Part shown: one piece after another, positions 10,612 to 22,387 of the stretch
Layout: every line of letters begins with the position of its first letter
Numbering within the stretch: position 1 is the stretch's first letter
DNA from: Azolla caroliniana
Lineage: Eukaryota > Plantae > Polypodiophyta
DNA: 64,000 bases
Direction of reading: 5' to 3'
NCBI GenBank assembly: GCA_043228905.1
Contig: JBHGNT010000016.1
Coordinates: 12,214,001 to 12,278,000, forward strand
Translations under genes and position numbers: made by a program
The notes under the pieces: model-generated
What the model saw: the letters and a program-made list of their open reading frames with translations, nothing else
Databases searched by the model: none
Told to the model about the DNA's origin: nothing

Positions 10612-11988
10612 TGTCGTGCCTTTCGGCGCTGGATCGTTTGCATCAGTTGGGTGGGAACCATTGGGGTTTTGGAGTAGGAGAAAGAAGAATATGAGATAAT
10701 GTTAGTTAGGAAAAGATTGCAAGAAGAAGATATGAAAATCGTGAATCCCACGAGTATAGTGTATTATGTGATACTTAGATTGTCAGATAGAAATAGACGG
10801 CAAAATCGTGAATCCCACGAATATTTTATATTAATCAAACTTTAGAAAAAATCAACAACCCCTATATAGCTTTCTGTCTTCCTTATATAGGGATGGAAGA
10901 GTCTAAGTTTATCACATGCAAGTATCATGCTTTTTCTAACTTTAGTTTTCATGTACACTACATGTGCAAGATTAGCTTTCTATCACATCTTTTCTTTTAA
11001 GTCGAGTGTGTATGCATGAATAACTTTTTCTATCATGCTTATCTAGAATATTTACATCGCATAAGGCTTAGTATAACATTAAAACTCATAATATGCTAGT
11101 ACAGTTGTAAGGCTTACAATCGTTAACATGGAGGTATAGGGTTTGAATATTGCCCCATGCATGTAACAATATTTTTAATATTTTCTTTTGTTTATTTATA
11201 CGTACTACAATCATATATATTTTTTACATATTTCACGTTGTCGTAGTGTATTTCGTACACTACGTGAAAAAGTAAAAATAATATAACCGATTTAATTACA
11301 TATAAATAAATAAAATAAGAAAATCAAGATATTTATCACGTGCATAGGGCAAGATTCGAACCTTGTACCTCCACGTAGCCAAATCTCAACTTTACCATTA
11401 TGCTACCTTATCTTTAGCGTTCTACAAATAGATTTAATAACTATAAGTGTTTTATTTGCGCCTACCTTTATTAAAAGGTAAATCATGCATTTTTAGAGTG
11501 CGTGAATATTTTATAGAAAAACGCAAGCGACTAAAAAGTGACTCATGCACATCTAGCATGAATGAGCACTATATTTAGCAAATAAAAGCAAGGATTAGAA
11601 AAGCATCACATGCACATTTAGTGTGCATGAACATATTAGAAAAACCATGTAGCTATGCTTAGTCTCTCCCATCACTATATAAGGATGGGGAGCACATTGT
11701 AGTTTTTGTTGATTATTTTTCTATAATGATCAATCAATCTAAAATATTCGTGGGATTCACGAATTTGCTAAAAATAATTCTCTCTTACTACCTAAATATT
11801 GACTAAATATACTAAACTCGTGGGATTCACGAGATTCTTATCTTATAACTCTTTATACCTATTCTTTAGTAGCCTTATTTGTATTTTTCTTTCTCCTAGT
11901 CCAAAACCTCGGCGGTTCCCACCCGACTCACGCAAACGATCCGGAGCCGAAAGGCACGACAACGTAGTGTGCGAATTACACTACGACA
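10612..11988. mobile_element. Non-coding foldback (long inverted repeat) element, TGT...ACA ends, 4-bp TSD ACGG
   Basis: Interrupts pol of A at LLYR|TRKVCVP; ACGG at 10608-10611 and 11989-11992; left ~620 bp is an imperfect reverse complement of the right ~700 bp. Confidence 0.85.
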
Positions 11989-11992
11989 ACGG

Positions 11993-12974
11993 TAGAGCAG
12001 ACCATTAGCAATGTGGTAGTATTCCTTCGAGGATGTGGTGGTGTCTGTTCCAGACTCAACTCTTGCCTAGTATTTCGCAAAATAATTGTCATCTCGATAC
12101 TTTCCTCGAAGGTGATCATAAAGATATGATGTTATCTCAATGAAGCAAAGCATGTTAACTTCACGGATGCGACTAAGTGCCTTAGCGACAATGTTCATGG
12201 AACCTTTATCATATTGTATCGAAAAATCAAAGTCCTGGATTAGATCAACCCATCGTGCCTTACGACCTTTAAGGTTTTGTTGGTCACAAAAATATTTCAA
12301 GGACTCGTGGTCCATAGTTACCACAAGGCGATTTTCATAAAGATAATGGCGCCATGTTTCGAGCGCATGTATAACTCCAAATAATTCCTTTTCTTGAATG
12401 GTATATCGACATTGAGCAGAATCAAGTTTCTTACTCTCGAATGCTATTGGTTTACCATCTTGATATAAGACAACACCTATAGCATAATTCCTTGCATTGG
12501 TTTCAACCTCAAAAGGGTTTGAAGGATTAGGTAGAAGAAGCGAAGGAGTCTTACACACAAGGTCCTTTAGTTCCTTAAAGGTGAGGTCTAGTGTAGCATT
12601 CGAGACAATAGGATTTGTTGACTTACGCATTTGACCTTTTAGAAGATGAGTAAACTACGTTGTCAATTGGGAGTAATTACAAAGGAATTTCCGCAAAAAC
12701 CTGACAAAACCAAGGAATGATTGAACTTCTTGAATATTCCAAGGAGTGGGCCAAAGCTTGATTTTCTCGATGCGAGAAGGATCAATATCAACTCCTTGTT
12801 CGGTTATGAGATGTCCAAGATAAGTAATTGATTTCTTGAAGAACTCACATTTTAAGATCTTCGCATAAAATTGTTTGTCACGCAATGTTTGTAAAACAAA
12901 GCAGACATGTTTAGCATGTTCTTGTAATGTACGGCTATAAACTAAAATATCATCCAAGAAAATAACGACAAATT
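11993..12974 (-). pseudogene. Element A pol: RT C-terminal half and RNase H
   Basis: FVVIFLDDILVYS, KCEF...YLGH, PIAFESKKL...EKEL..WRHYL, DHESLKY. Confidence 0.9.
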
Positions 12975-13845
12975 TGCCGGGAACTGCATGTCCCCTAAGC
13001 GCAACGCTCGGCCACAACCGAGCTTAGAATCATACACAAAAAACAGGAATGAATGCACGACACAGTGAAGAGAAGAGTACACAGGATGTTTACGTGGAAA
13101 AACCAAACTAGGGAAAAAACCACGACAGCCCACAGGCTGCAAACTATCACTATGTTACAGTGTACAACAATAAAGCACCGAGGCAACAACCTTGAGCTTT
13201 CTATCTTCGCCACAGGCGGCGGTTCGAACAGAGGCAACGACCTCTTCCTCTCTCTCTTTCTCTGTACACAGTTACGCGCTCTGATCTCTTGCGCCAACAA
13301 GAATGACAACAACACTCTACATCACACACAATAAGTTTGCCCTAAGTCATATTTATACTAATATGACTTTTCGGCTATTTACAAATATAGCCTCGATGGA
13401 CTTTCAGAAACATATTTACGAATATGTCTCTTCATCGGGTGAGCACTCCTCACCAGGTCTGCACCATCCGGCTCTCCGTAGCCAGGTACTCCTCATCCGG
13501 TTCTCACCGGGTCTGCACTATCCGGCTCTCCGTAGCGGGGTACTCCTCATCCGGTTCTCACCGGGTCTGCACCATCCGGCTCTCTGTAGCCAGGTACTCC
13601 TCATCCGGTTCTCACCGGGTCTGCACCATCCGGCTCTCTGTAGCCAGGTACTCCTCATCCGGTTCTCACCGGGTCTGCACCATCGGTCTCTCCAAAGCCG
13701 GGTACTCCTCATCCGGTTCTCACCGGGTCTGCACCATCCGACTGTCCGAAGCCGGGTACTCCTCATCCGGTTCTTGGCCTCGGCTGAGTTTGCTCATCAA
13801 CACTGTTCTTCTCCCTTCCCATTCGGAGGGACCTGTCTCCCAACA
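12975..13845 (-). repeat. 3' LTR of Copia B, containing a 54-bp tandem repeat (~6 copies, 13445-13772)
   Basis: TGCCGGGAA...CTCCCAACA; unit CCGGTTCTCACCGGGTCTGCACCATCCGGCTCTCCGTAGCCGGGTACTCCTCAT. Confidence 0.9.
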
Positions 13846-13855
13846 AACTCCCCCT

Positions 13856-16800
13856 TCACTCCGGCATGGGATGTCTTACTAGTTCGATCTGCTTCCGGCA
13901 TGCATTCAGCATGTCGGGTATCAAAACTTTGGCCAGCATATCTAACCCGTTCTCGGCCGTGTGGATCTTCGTCAGCGTGAACTCTTGGTCATCTACTCTT
14001 TCCCGGATCCAGTGATACCTTCGTTGGATATGCTTCGTCCAGGAATGGTAGGCCGCATTCTTAGCAAGGTGGATGGCACTTTGACTGTCGCAATAGAGCC
14101 GGTATTCATCTTGCCGGATACCGAGCTCTCCGATGAAGTCCTTCATCCATAATATTTCCTTGCCGGCTTCCACAGCCGCCATGTACTCCGTCTCCATGGT
14201 TGACAATGCAACCGTCTTCTGCATCCTCGACTACCACGAAACAGCTCCCCCTACATATGTCATTACATACCCGGTTGTAGACCGGCTGGTATCCACATCA
14301 GCCGACATGTCCGAATCGGTGAAACCATCAAGTTGAGGTTTTCCGGAGCCGAATCGGAGACACATATTCGTAATGCCCTTCAAGTACTGGAGTATCCATT
14401 TGACCGCGTTCCAGTGCTCCTTGCCGGGATTGCTCATAAACCAGCTCACCACTCCGACTATATATCCTATATCCGGTCGGGTAAAAACCATTGCGTACAT
14501 TAAGCTCCCGACGGCAGAGGCATATGGAAATTTCATCATATCCGCCTTCTCTGCTTTCGTCTTCAGGCTTTGCTCACTGGATAGCCTGTAGTTTGCCGAA
14601 AGTGTCAATCCGATCGGTTTTGCGTCTGACATGTTGAACCGCTGAAGCACCTTTGTCACGTATTTCTCCTGTGACAGCCACAGTTGCTTCATTGGCCGGT
14701 TCCGGATGATATGCATCCCCAACATCTGTCTTGCCGGACCCAAGTCTTTCATTGAGAAGGTCTTGTTGAGAGCCTTCTTCAACATCCGGATTCTGGCTTG
14801 GTCTCGTCCGACGATCAACATGTTGTCCACGTACAGAAGGAGTATCAGGAAGTCACCTCCTTCGAACTTCTTCACAAACACGCAACGATCGGCCTGCGTC
14901 TTGTGGTACCCTTGATCGGTCATGAAGGAGTCGAACTTTCGGTACCATTGTCGGGGAGCTTGCTTTAGTCCGTACAGGCTCTTCTTGAACCGGCATTCTA
15001 GGTGTTCCTTCCCTTTCTCCACGAATCCTTCCAATTGCTGCATGTAGATCTCCTCTTCGAGGTCACCGTGAAGGAATGTCGTCTTCACGTCCAGCTGCTC
15101 TACCTCGAGGTCCATGCTTGCCGCTATACTCAGCACCGTCCGGATGGAGGTCATCTTTGCTACCGGGGCAAATATATCGTCGAAGTCCACGCCCTTCTTC
15201 TACTGGAACCCCTTCACCACAATCCTGGCTTTGTATCTCGGGGGGTTGCCGGCATCTCCCGGTTTCAACTTGTACACCCACTTGTTTCAGAGTGCCCGCT
15301 TTCCTTTCGGCAACTCCACCAAATCGTACGTATGGTTCTCATGTAGGGAATCCATCTCATCCTGCATGGCACTTAACCATTTTCGGCTGTGGGTGTCATC
15401 CTTCGCTTCTTCAAAGCTTTCCGGCTCCCCCTTATCGGTCAGCAGAACATGCTCTGCATCCGGAAATCTCCGGGGGGCCCTTCTCTCTCTGAGAGGATAT
15501 CTCCATCTCTGGGCTTCGGTAACCGGCTCCTCCATTTGCTCTTCATCCGAATCCGATTTGGGGTCTTGGCCGGTTCCAGTTTCAGCTTCCTCTACTTCTT
15601 CTTTAGCCTGTTCGGTATCCTCATCATAACCAACTGGTCCCTTGAGTGCTAACCGGTCTCTTGTCAGGTGGGTCTGCTCATCGTAGAATCGATCCTTACC
15701 GGTCGACTCGGAGTTCATTATCTTCTTCTCCGACTCCCAGTCGGCAAGTGTCTTGTCCTCCATGAAGATAATATCTCAACTTGGAATACCTTCTTGTCGA
15801 CCTTTCCCACACTCGGTAGCCGAACTCATCGTCGTCGTAACCGAGGAATATGCATGGACGGGTCTTTGGATCTAACTTTCCTCTCCGGTCCTTAGCTACA
15901 TGCACGTACGCGAGACACCCGAACACCTTCAGATGCCGGTAGGATACTTCCTTACCGGTCCATACTCTCTGTGGCGTGTCTCCGTCCAAGGGTATTGAGG
16001 GTGATCTGTTTATCACATATGTCGACGTCGACAATGCCTCAGCCCAAAACTTCTTGGGTAGTTTTGCATGCGCTAGCATACTCCGGACCCTCTCCATTAT
16101 GGTCCGGTTCATCCTCTCGGCTAGCCCGTTTAGTTCCGGCATCTTCGGCATGGTAAATTCGAGCCGGATTCCCTTCGAGCGACAGTACTCCTCAAACTGC
16201 CCCCGGTATTCACCTCCGTTATCTGCTCGAACCGCCTTCAACTTCCGGCCGGTTTCTCTTTCCACTCTCGCGTGGAGCTCTTTGAAGACGGATAGCACCT
16301 GATCCTTCGTCTTCAACGGTGTGGCCCATAGCTTCCGGTTGTGGTCATCTATGAACGTCACGAAGTACTGCGATCCTGCATGTGACTTCGTGTCCACTTG
16401 ACACACATCAGTATGCACCAGCTACAGTGGTGCATTACGTCTCATCGGTGGCCTTGGTCGGAAGGAGGTCCGGTTTTGCTTACCGGCCAGACAATCAGTG
16501 CACTTCTCCAAGTGCACATTCTTCACTAGAATGAGGTTGTCGTCTACAAGCCTCTTCATCCCCTTCTCGCTCATGTGACACAACCTTTTGTGCCACAGCT
16601 CACCGGCAGTGTCGGATCCCACGTTCACTTCCTCTGGACATAACCGAGCATTCATCAGGTACAGTGTGTTGACCTTCCGGGCCCGAGCCACAATCAGGCT
16701 CCCTTTGCTGAACTTTCATCGTCTAGCCGACCGGCTGATATCAGGTTCAGACGAACCTCCGGAACGTGTCGGACATCCTTCAGAAGCAACTTGCATCCGG

Positions 16801-17042
16801 TTGGTGTTGTTAGCCACATGTCTCCTATGCCGACAATTCGACATGTACCTTTATTCCCCATCCGGACACAGTCGTAATCACCGGTTGAGTAGGATGAGAA
16901 GTACTTCCGGTCCGGGGTAAGGTGGAACGACACTCCGGAGTCGACCACCCAGGTCATCTCGTCGCCGGCAAGGTTTACTTCACTCTCCTCGGTGATGAGC
17001 ATCAACTCTTCTTCACTTACCGCGATTGTTGTCGTTCCCTTC
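13856..17042 (-). pseudogene. Copia B pol (PR-INT-RT-RNase H), disrupted
   Basis: [73 protein letters not shown]. Confidence 0.92.
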
Positions 17043-17076
17043 ACTAAAATATTATCCAAGAAAATAACGACAAATT

Positions 17077-18016
17077 TGCCGGGAACTACACGTCCCCTAT
17101 GCACAACGCTCGACCACAACTGAGCTTAGAATCGTACACAAAAAACAGGAATGAATGCACGACACAGTGAAGAGAAGAGTACACAGGATGTTTACGTGGA
17201 AAAACCAAACTAGGGAAAAAACCACGGCAGCCCACAGGCTGCAAACTATCACTATGTTACAGTGTACAACAGTAAAGCACCGAGGAAACAACCTCGAACT
17301 TTCTATCTTCGCCACAGGCGACAGTTACAACAGAGGCAACGACCTCTTCCTCTCTCTCTCTCTCTCTCTGTACACAGTTACGCGCTCTGATCTCTTGCGC
17401 CAACAAGAATGACAACAACACTCTACATCACACACAATAAGTTTGCCCTAAGTCATATTTATACTAATATGACTTTTCGGCTATTTACAAATATAGCCTC
17501 GATGGACTTTCAGAAACATATTTACGAATATGTCTCTTCATCCGGTGAGCACTCCTCACCAGGTCTACACCATCCGGCTCTCCGTAGCCGGGTACTCCTC
17601 ATCCGGTTCTCACCGAGTCTGCACCATCCGGCTCTCCATAGCCGGGTACTCCCCATCCGGTTCTCACCGGGTCTGCACCATCCGGCTCTCCGTAGCCGGG
17701 TACTCCTCCTCCGGTTCTCACCGGGTCTGCACCATCCGTCTCTCCAAAGCCGGGTACTCCTCATCCGGTTCTCACCGGGTCTGCACCATCCGGCTGTCCG
17801 AAGCCAGGTACTCCTCATCCGGTTCTCACCGGGTCTGCACCATCCGGCTCTCCGTAGCTGGGTAGTCCTCATCCGGTTCTCACCGGGTCTGCACCATCCG
17901 GTTCTCACCGTGCCTGCACCATCTGGCTCTCCAAAGCCGGGTACTCCTCATCCGGTTCTCGGCCTCGGTCGAGTTTGCTCATTAGCACTGTTCTTCTCCC
18001 TTCCCATCCGGAGGGA
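17077..18016 (-). repeat. Second copy of the Copia B LTR (end-truncated), with ~7 copies of the 54-bp repeat
   Basis: Direct repeat of 12975-13831; preceded by a 34-bp copy of the Gypsy flank instead of a PBS. Confidence 0.88.
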
Positions 18017-18708
18017 AGGGAGCTTTGGTCAAACCAAAAGGCATAACCAAAAACTCATAATGGCCAGAGCGTGTACGAAATGCCGTTTTAGGAACATCGT
18101 CCTCACTTATACGAATTTGATGGTAGCCAATACAGAGATCAAGTGTCATAAAATACTAAGTTCTTTGGAGACGGTCAATTAGATCGTCAACTCGGGGCAA
18201 TGGATACGAATTCTTGATCGTGACTTTATTCAAGCGTCGGTAATTAATACACATATGCCATGTGGCCTTTTTCTTTTCAACCAAGAGAACTGGTGCACCC
18301 CATGAAGATTTACTATAGCGTATATAACCCATTCGTAAATAGTCCTTGAGTTGCTTAGATATCTCATCCTCTATGGATTGACTTAAGCGATAAGGAGTTA
18401 TACTTATTGGTGCAACACAGGTACAATATCTATACGATGATCTATATTACTTTTAGGAGGTAACCCATCTGGTAGTTCACTTGGAAAAACATCACAAAAA
18501 TCATTTAAGATTTCATCAAGTTGTTGTTGTTCAAAATATGTTAATTGAACCAAGACTGCATCGATATTGTAAACGTGAATGTCCGGATCAAGTACAGAGT
18601 AAAATAGAGTAGAACAAGACAACTCGGATATTGATGGAGAGGAAACAATCAAGAGAGATTGTTTTTTAACACATTGAATAAAATGAGTACAATCGTTCAG
18701 TAGAAATG
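18017..18708 (-). pseudogene. Element A pol: PR-RT linker and RT N-terminal half
   Basis: DVFPSELPDGLPP...[23 protein letters not shown] and MPFGLTKAP motifs on the minus strand. Confidence 0.85.
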
Positions 18709-19441
18709 TGTAGAAACGAAGAGCATGCGGAAGCAATAGAAAATCGAACACAGAAATGCAGGTTTAATGGAGAGCTTGACAGTACGTGGCAGAGACAAAG
18801 AAAGAGCAGAACAAGTTAAATTTGTTTCAAAAACAATAATGGTTCTCTGTACATAAGAAGTGCTCAACATCACTATTTATACAAGTCCTAAGAGGACTGA
18901 CAGAAGTATTGTGTACTTCAATGCTCATACAAGCGTCTGACACTAACGATGAGACTATTAACTACCTAGTAGTCTAGGTTACTACTAGGCTTCTGGTTAC
19001 TGTTTGATCCAGCTAACCGGCTCCCCAGCTCACCGGCTCGCCGATCCGTCTCACCGATCCGGCTTCATCCTTCCAGATGCCGATCCGGTTTAGGCTTATT
19101 CTACTGATCCGGATCCGGTTGAGCGTGCTGGTCAAGACCTCAACTTGAGGTCGGATCGTAGTGTCAGTCTCCATGGCAGCCGGTCCTTCCACCCAGCTCC
19201 TTCTAGCGTCACTCAGTCTCACTCGCGCTCCTCGTCCGGTCTGGTCCCGTTTCCCGCGACCCTTCTGATTTTGCGCACCTAGACCTCCTTAGTCGGGTTG
19301 TCTGCTCAATAGGCCCAATTCAACTCCCTCGTTGTTGTGACTTCAGGGCTTGCCGATTCGTCGATTCCTTCGTGTTGGCGTCGACTTTCGCTGCCTTCTC
19401 ATCCTCTTGGCCTTGAATTGATCCGGTTCTTCCGAATCCGT

Positions 19442-21919
19442 CTATTGAACCGAATTGGCTGTCTTCGACTCGTTCCAGATCTTGTCCGAATCGGTCACTC
19501 CCAATTCGTCTTCCAGTTCCAGGCCCTTCACCACATCGGACCATGTATAGGTCTTGGCCTTCTTCTTTCGGTCGGCTCTGTCCTTTTTGACCCTGCCACC
19601 GTTGCCGCCTGTTCTGACTTGTTCGGATGTGTCAACTTCCTTTGTCGACTCGGCTCCTTTCTTCTTCTTGTCTCCCCCTTTGATGGTTCTTCTCTCACCG
19701 GCGCAATCAGTAGTTTCTTTGCCTTTGCCCATTCCAGTGTCTTTGCCCATTCTCCCCCTCAGGTGTGGCATGTCGAGATGCTGAACACCAAGCATTTCGG
19801 TGAACTGTTGCAACTTGTCTGATCCGAGCGGTTTGGTGAAGATGTCAGCAACCTACCGATCCGTATGAACATACCGAAGTTAGACTTCACCACTCAGGAC
19901 ACGCTAACGCACGAAGTGGTAGTACACTTCTATGTGCTTTGTGCGAGCATGGAATATGGGGTTCTTGGCGAGCTGCATGCTGCTTATGTTGTTGCAGTAG
20001 ATCAGGATTGGGGTCGGCACCTCGATCCGCAGGTCTTGCAGTAGTCGCCGAAGCCAAATGGCTTCACAGGTGGCAACGGTAGCGCCCCGGTACTCAGCCT
20101 TAGTGCTCGAAAGGGCCATTGTTGGTTGCTTTTTGTTGGTCCACGCAACAGCCACGCTACCAAGGGAAAACATATAGCCGGAGGTGGATCGGCGATCCGA
20201 TGCATCACCGGCCCAATCGGCATCGGTGTAGCCGATTAGGTCTTCAGTTATACCATGCCGGTATACCAGTCCCCGTTCCCTCGTGCTGCTCACATATCAC
20301 AAAATTCGATACACGCACAGAAGGTACTCCACCGTCGGCTTCTGCATATATTGGTTGATCACGCTGACTGGATAATTGATGTCGGGTCGGGTGATTGTCA
20401 AATATATAAGGTTTTCGACGATTTGTCGGAACCGCTTCTCATCGCAGGCCGGTCTGGAGTCGGGACGAAGCTTTTGGTTCCGGTCCAGGGGTGTGGAGAT
20501 CGGTCGGCATTCTGTCATGACTGTACAACATATTCAACACATAGTGTCTCTATGAGAGCAATATGCCGTCGGGGGTTCGGATCACCTAGATCCCAAGGAA
20601 ATAGTGAAGGTCCCCTAGGTCCTTCATCTCAAATGTGTCTGACAGCTGGGACTTGACTCGGTTGATTTCATCAAGTCCGGGTCCGGTGATGACTAGGTCA
20701 TCAACATATAGCAAGATGCAAACCGAACCGGTCGGACCTTGCCGGATGAACAACGAAGAGTCGGACTTGAATGCCACAAACCCCATCTTACGCAACCAGT
20801 GCGTGATCTTCGCATTCCAAGCCGGCATACCGCCGACTTGTTCATCTCTGACTGGAAACCGGGGGGTTGGGTCATAGAGACCTCTTCTTCAAGATCACCT
20901 TGAAGAAATGCATTCTTCATGTGCATCTGGTGAAGATGCCACCCCCTTGCCGTAGCAACCGCCAACACCACACGAATTATCGTCATCTTCGCTACCAGAG
21001 CGAAGATCTCGTCGTAGTCAATTCCGTGGGTTTGCACGTATCCCTTCACCACTAACCGGGCCTTGTACCGGTTAACTGAACCGTCGGCATTGTACTTTAC
21101 CTTGTACACCCACTTACATCCGATCGGTTTACAGTGTCGAGGAGGGTCAACTAGGTCCCATGTGTCGTTGGCATCAACTGCCCGCATCTCTTCCTCCATA
21201 GCGGCACACCAATTTGTGTCCTTTGCCGCTTCTGCGTAGCTCTCCCGCTCACGCACTTCCGCCACCTTGGTCATGTGCGCATAATGATGTGTCATGTATT
21301 CATTGTACCCGTAACTGGGCTCTTCAGGCGGGAAGACCGGCGTAACTTGGTATTACCCAGTTTGGGGCCCTTCTTGGCCAGGTTGGACTTTGTTTCCGAA
21401 GATCAGCCTTCGTCCTTTCCAGAGTCGGATTTGCTCCGATCCGACTCATCGTTGCTGGTTTCGTATTCCGACGTCTTCTTCTTCCCTTTTTCTTTGCACG
21501 TGAACCATCTCCTTGATTCCTTGTGTGGGCAGAGCACGTCAGAGTCTCCACTACTCGCTGGTTCCTCATCCGACTGGTCATCCCGGCTCAGCTGCTCATT
21601 CGGTTCACTTAACTGAAATGAGATCGGATTCTCTTCTAGAGTGCCGAGGTCTTCATCTTCTATCTGGACTAGTTTAGACTCACTTCTAGATTGGGCTCTC
21701 TTCTAGATCGGACTATCCTCTGGTATCGGGTCAGGGTCGGAAGTCGGAGCCGGTAAGACATACCATGATGCCATCTCATCAAACTCAACATCCCGGCTAA
21801 CTCAGACCTGCTTTGTCCGGGGGTTATAACACTTATACCCCTTTTGCTCATGCGAGTAACCGACCAGGATGCATTTCTCCAACTTTGCATTCAACTTCCT
21901 CTGCTTCTCATCCGGAACA
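19442..21919 (-). pseudogene. Copia C pol: integrase C-terminus, RT, RNase H
   Basis: KPIGCKWVYKVK...YKARLV, LLYVDDLVI, MKDLG.LHYFLGI, YTDADWAG..DRRSTSG, FHARTKHIEV. Confidence 0.92.
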
Positions 21920-22338
21920 TGTTACCGGCCGGCAAGGAGTCCAAAATACGGAGTGAAGGAATTAATTAAATATGGTTGTAAATGAGCATAGTGTGGACGG
22001 ACGGACTGGAAACGGTATGCCGTTCCAGATCCGGACGGATCCCGAATAGGTGCGATAGGCACCGTTTTGTACTACGGGCCGGAAACCTATTTAAAGGCCC
22101 GGACCCCATTGTAATCGCAGCGGATAATTAATAGAGCTTATGATGTTTATACTTCTGTCTTGATTTCCGTTCTGTAATTACTGTTATATCTTACGCGTGT
22201 AATTAACTAAAGCACTCTAATCGTGTAACCTATGGAAGTCGTTGTAATCGTTGAATCTTAATCCTATGCCGTAATCACCCTTTGGTGAAGTGTCTCCGCG
22301 ACACCTTGTGTTAGGCCTTGTCCGGTCAGCGAATAACA
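21920..22338 (+). repeat. 5' LTR of D
   Basis: TGTTA...TAACA; direct repeat of 31248-31666. Confidence 0.95.
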
Positions 22339-22387
22339 CAGTTTTGGCGACCACGATTCCTGCTTTCTCGCAGCGAACGGCGGCTTA

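Larger units (their letters stand above)
12975..18016 (-). mobile_element. Ty1/Copia element B (rearranged; gag and PBS missing)
   Basis: LTR 12975-13845 (TG..CA) with adjacent PPT; protease, integrase, RT and RNase H remnants in Copia order; second LTR copy 17077-18016. Confidence 0.9.

Noticed and set aside
13303-13980. 225-aa and 257-aa (17409-18182) repetitive ORFs
   Set aside because: By-products of the stop-poor 54-bp repeat within LTRs; open in several frames.
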